This document shows, piece after piece, positions 29,339-32,000 of a DNA stretch of 32,000 bases. The stretch is from assembly GCF_000008645.1 (NCBI RefSeq), contig NC_000916.1, positions 960,001 to 992,000 of the forward strand, read 5' to 3'. The notes beneath the pieces were generated by a model that saw only the letters and a program-made list of their open reading frames with translations, was not told the origin of the DNA and did not search any database. The stretch is from Methanothermobacter thermautotrophicus str. Delta H. GTDB lineage: Archaea; Methanobacteriota; Methanobacteria; Methanobacteriales; Methanothermobacteraceae. A program made the position numbers and the translations under genes. Positions within the stretch are counted from its first letter, which is position 1; every line of letters starts with the position of its first letter.

Positions 29339-31584
29339 CATATAACGAAATTAAGTCAAATTCGTTTCATTAGTATTTCAATCCCATTTTGGTCTGATTT
29401 TAACTCAGGTTGAGGTTTCAGGTTGAGGTTTCAGGTTGATTTCAATCCCATTTTGGTCTGATTTTAACGGATGATCGGGGTGGGTATGTTCATGCATGGA
29501 AATCATTTCAATCCCATTTTGGTCTGATTTTAACTGAATACCTGTTCCTCTTCGTATTCCTCATCGCAACATTTCAATCCCATTTTGGTCTGATTTTAAC
29601 CCTTTTTACTCTGTTTAGCCCTTTTTACTGCACAATATTTCAATCCCATTTTGGTCTGATTTTAACTTACTTTTATAAATAATATCTGAACTTTTTCACC
29701 TTATTTCAATCCCATTTTGGTCTGATTTTAACAAGGCGGTTAAGCACACTCAACGCTCTGATTGAGTGTATTTCAATCCCATTTTGGTCTGATTTTAACT
29801 CACAGTCAGCTCCACTGAGTCCATGCTTAGAGCCTCATTTCAATCCCATTTTGGTCTGATTTTAACTTAATTCCAATATGGGCCGATATCTGCCCTCTTT
29901 TATTTCAATCCCATTTTGGTCTGATTTTAACCCGGAACACCAGGTCCTGGGCTTGTGGGTTCTGCTCGATTTCAATCCCATTTTGGTCTGATTTTAACCA
30001 TCTGTTTCACCTCTTCTTTTTTTCTTTGTGATTTCAATCCCATTTTGGTCTGATTTTAACTTTATTAATTTAGTATTGGTTGTTTGGTTAATTCATTTCA
30101 ATCCCATTTTGGTCTGATTTTAACATATATACCATATTGAACATTGATTTTAGCGTTTTTATTTCAATCCCATTTTGGTCTGATTTTAACCCAGCAGAAA
30201 CAGTAATAGTCAAATATTATAAGCACAATTTCAATCCCATTTTGGTCTGATTTTAACCTTGATAAGGGTAGTAAACGAACCCGATAGTGAATATATTTCA
30301 ATCCCATTTTGGTCTGATTTTAACCCAAATAAAACGTTAATATCGATTTAATTCCAATAATTTCAATCCCATTTTGGTCTGATTTTAACCGTTTCAACTA
30401 ATGAAACTGTCTTAAATTGCTTATTTATTTCAATCCCATTTTGGTCTGATTTTAACTCGCAGAACATCATACACATCAGGTAGTCTATACAGTATTTCAA
30501 TCCCATTTTGGTCTGATTTTAACTGATGGTTTTGATGTTTTGTGTAAAATTCGTGAGATTTCAATCCCATTTTGGTCTGATTTTAACGAAGTCACACTGA
30601 ATACGAAGAAATACAAGACACAGTATTTCAATCCCATTTTGGTCTGATTTTAACCCGGTCCTTGACGGGAAAATCTACAGGGCCACAATAGATTTCAATC
30701 CCATTTTGGTCTGATTTTAACACACAGTACAATTATTCGGAATAATACACGCACAATGATTTCAATCCCATTTTGGTCTGATTTTAACATGAACATGCAG
30801 ATAAAAGATGATATAATAGAAAAATATTTCAATCCCATTTTGGTCTGATTTTAACAAGTATTTTTCTGAATTCACGGATTGCTTCGCATTTCAATCCCAT
30901 TTTGGTCTGATTTTAACTATAATCGAATATTGTTGCGTATTGTGTTGTGTTTTTATTTCAATCCCATTTTGGTCTGATTTTAACAGGTTCTTGTGGGTTA
31001 TTGTTGTCCTAGTCCAGTTTACACATTTCAATCCCATTTTGGTCTGATTTTAACCTAAAGTTTCTCTGTAGTCCACATCCCCTTTTTTCAATTTCAATCC
31101 CATTTTGGTCTGATTTTAACTGAGGTGACAAGTATCAGGTTCTCACAGTGTTTCATGATTTCAATCCCATTTTGGTCTGATTTTAACACCGATGGTACCT
31201 CAGGATACTATTCCCACCACTCACCATTTCAATCCCATTTTGGTCTGATTTTAACTTGAAGACTCATACTACTTAGACAGTTTTGAATTCGATTTCAATC
31301 CCATTTTGGTCTGATTTTAACATCGAGGAATTCTATTTTATCCTCACCAGGATAGCGGATTTCAATCCCATTTTGGTCTGATTTTAACATGTTTTCCGTT
31401 ATACTATAGTGCGTTTTGGTATTGATTTCAATCCCATTTTGGTCTGATTTTAACCCATACCACACATTTGGATTGTAGGTGGTTGATGTTAATTTCAATC
31501 CCATTTTGGTCTGATTTTAACTAGCGGTTAATGTCGTCGATGTCCCTTGTTATTATTTCAATCCCATTTTGGTCTGATTTTAAC

Positions 31585-31960
31585 AGGGCGGATTTTTTCT
31601 TCATTTGACCTCTATCGCTTTGAAATTTCTCCTTTCAGACATATAAATTTGTCGATCCCAGAAAATGCATTCTATTTATATGGATAGACGACTTAACAGA
31701 AGGTATTAAAATCCATAAATAAGACATTTAAAGTATTTAAATCAATTTAAAAAGAATTTTGGCAGGATAAAAAACCATCAGGTTGATAATAAAACCTTTA
31801 ATCCTGAAAGAAGCTTAAAATAACATTATGTTATTATAATGGGATGCTGAAAAATGGCTCATAAACGACTGAACGAAAGGACCCCGATTGGATATATGGA
31901 TTATTTAATCAATTTAAATTGAATTTTAAGATTTTTTAGTGTGATAAAGAATAAATAAAA
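31585..31960 (-). promoter_or_regulatory. putative CRISPR leader (AT-rich, non-coding) with TATA-like boxes
   Basis: The track shows no ORF of 60 aa or more here. Minus-strand TATA-like elements are AAATTTATATG (plus 31640-31650) and CATATAAATAG (plus about 31670-31680), 55-95 nt upstream of the first repeat in the minus direction. An imperfect direct repeat TATTTAA(A)TCAATTTAAA[AA/TT]GAATTTT occurs at 31734-31760 and 31902-31927. The extent of the leader is uncertain. Confidence 0.5.
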
Positions 31961-32000
31961 TCTTTAAAATGGTAGCCAAGGTTTCATGAAAAATCTAATT

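Larger units (their letters stand above)
23373..31584 (-). CRISPR. CRISPR array: 124 x 30-bp repeat, 123 spacers of 32-42 nt (110 distinct)
   Basis: I parsed it by hand repeat by repeat. The plus-strand repeat is ATTTCAATCCCATTTTGGTCTGATTTTAAC, first copy at 23373-23402 and last at 31555-31584. I saw no variant repeat. The minus-strand reading GTTAAAATCAGACCAAAATGGGATTGAAAT ends in the ATTGAAA-type 3' tag typical of archaeal type I/III repeats. The only long AT-rich non-coding flank is on the right, so I assign the minus strand. Confidence 0.97.

Noticed and set aside
23672-31504. About a dozen 60-80-aa ORFs in the six-frame track inside the array, with recurring peptides ISIPFWSDFN, FQSHFGLILT and LKSDQNGIEI (e.g. 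23672-23863, 24546-24767, 25088-25279, 26108-26353, 28702-28932, 31295-31504).
   Set aside because: These peptides are just translations of the 30-bp CRISPR repeat in different frames. The ORFs exist only where spacers happen to lack stops, so they are not genes.

Overview
The window looks like a euryarchaeal (Methanobacteriales) chromosome segment. The protein sequences and the 30-bp repeat ATTTCAATCCCATTTTGGTCTGATTTTAAC are consistent with Methanothermobacter thermautotrophicus. All product calls rest on motif recognition by eye, with no database search.

Layout:
- 1-7895 (+): the conserved archaeal transcription/translation cluster: rpoA1 (3' part), rpoA2, rpl30e, nusA-like, rps12, rps7, EF-2, EF-1alpha, rps10.
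- 7977-8186 (+): two tandem tRNA-Ser genes.
- 8244-10989: a small accessory-looking block. A soluble MtrA homolog is divergent from a TetR regulator, with three evenly spaced palindromes between them. A tight NYN / UspA / GyrI-like operon follows.
- 11110-16796 (-): a six-gene operon: hypD, HAD phosphatase, PmbA/TldD, PflX-like radical SAM, THEP1-like NTPase, SepCysS.
- 16864-17832 (+): a CaCA Na+/Ca2+ exchanger.
- 17956-22380 (-): a 1474-aa secreted protein with nine DUF11-type repeats.
- 22638-23306 (+): an orphan SAM-methyltransferase.
- 23373-31584: an 8.2-kb CRISPR array. I parsed it by hand into 124 apparently identical repeats and 123 spacers.
- 31585-32000: an AT-rich putative leader, which places functional array orientation on the minus strand.

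No cas genes, transposases or integrases lie inside the window; cas genes are expected beyond 32000.

The most interesting content is the internal structure of the array:
- two perfect tandem segmental duplications;
- one dispersed three-spacer block duplication;
- several diverged (homeologous) spacer pairs;
- a pair of spacers covering the same target region on opposite strands.

Outside the array, the best leads are the triple-palindrome operator candidate controlling the cytoplasmic MtrA homolog and the sorting-signal-like C-terminus of the giant surface protein. I found no clearly novel multi-gene system.
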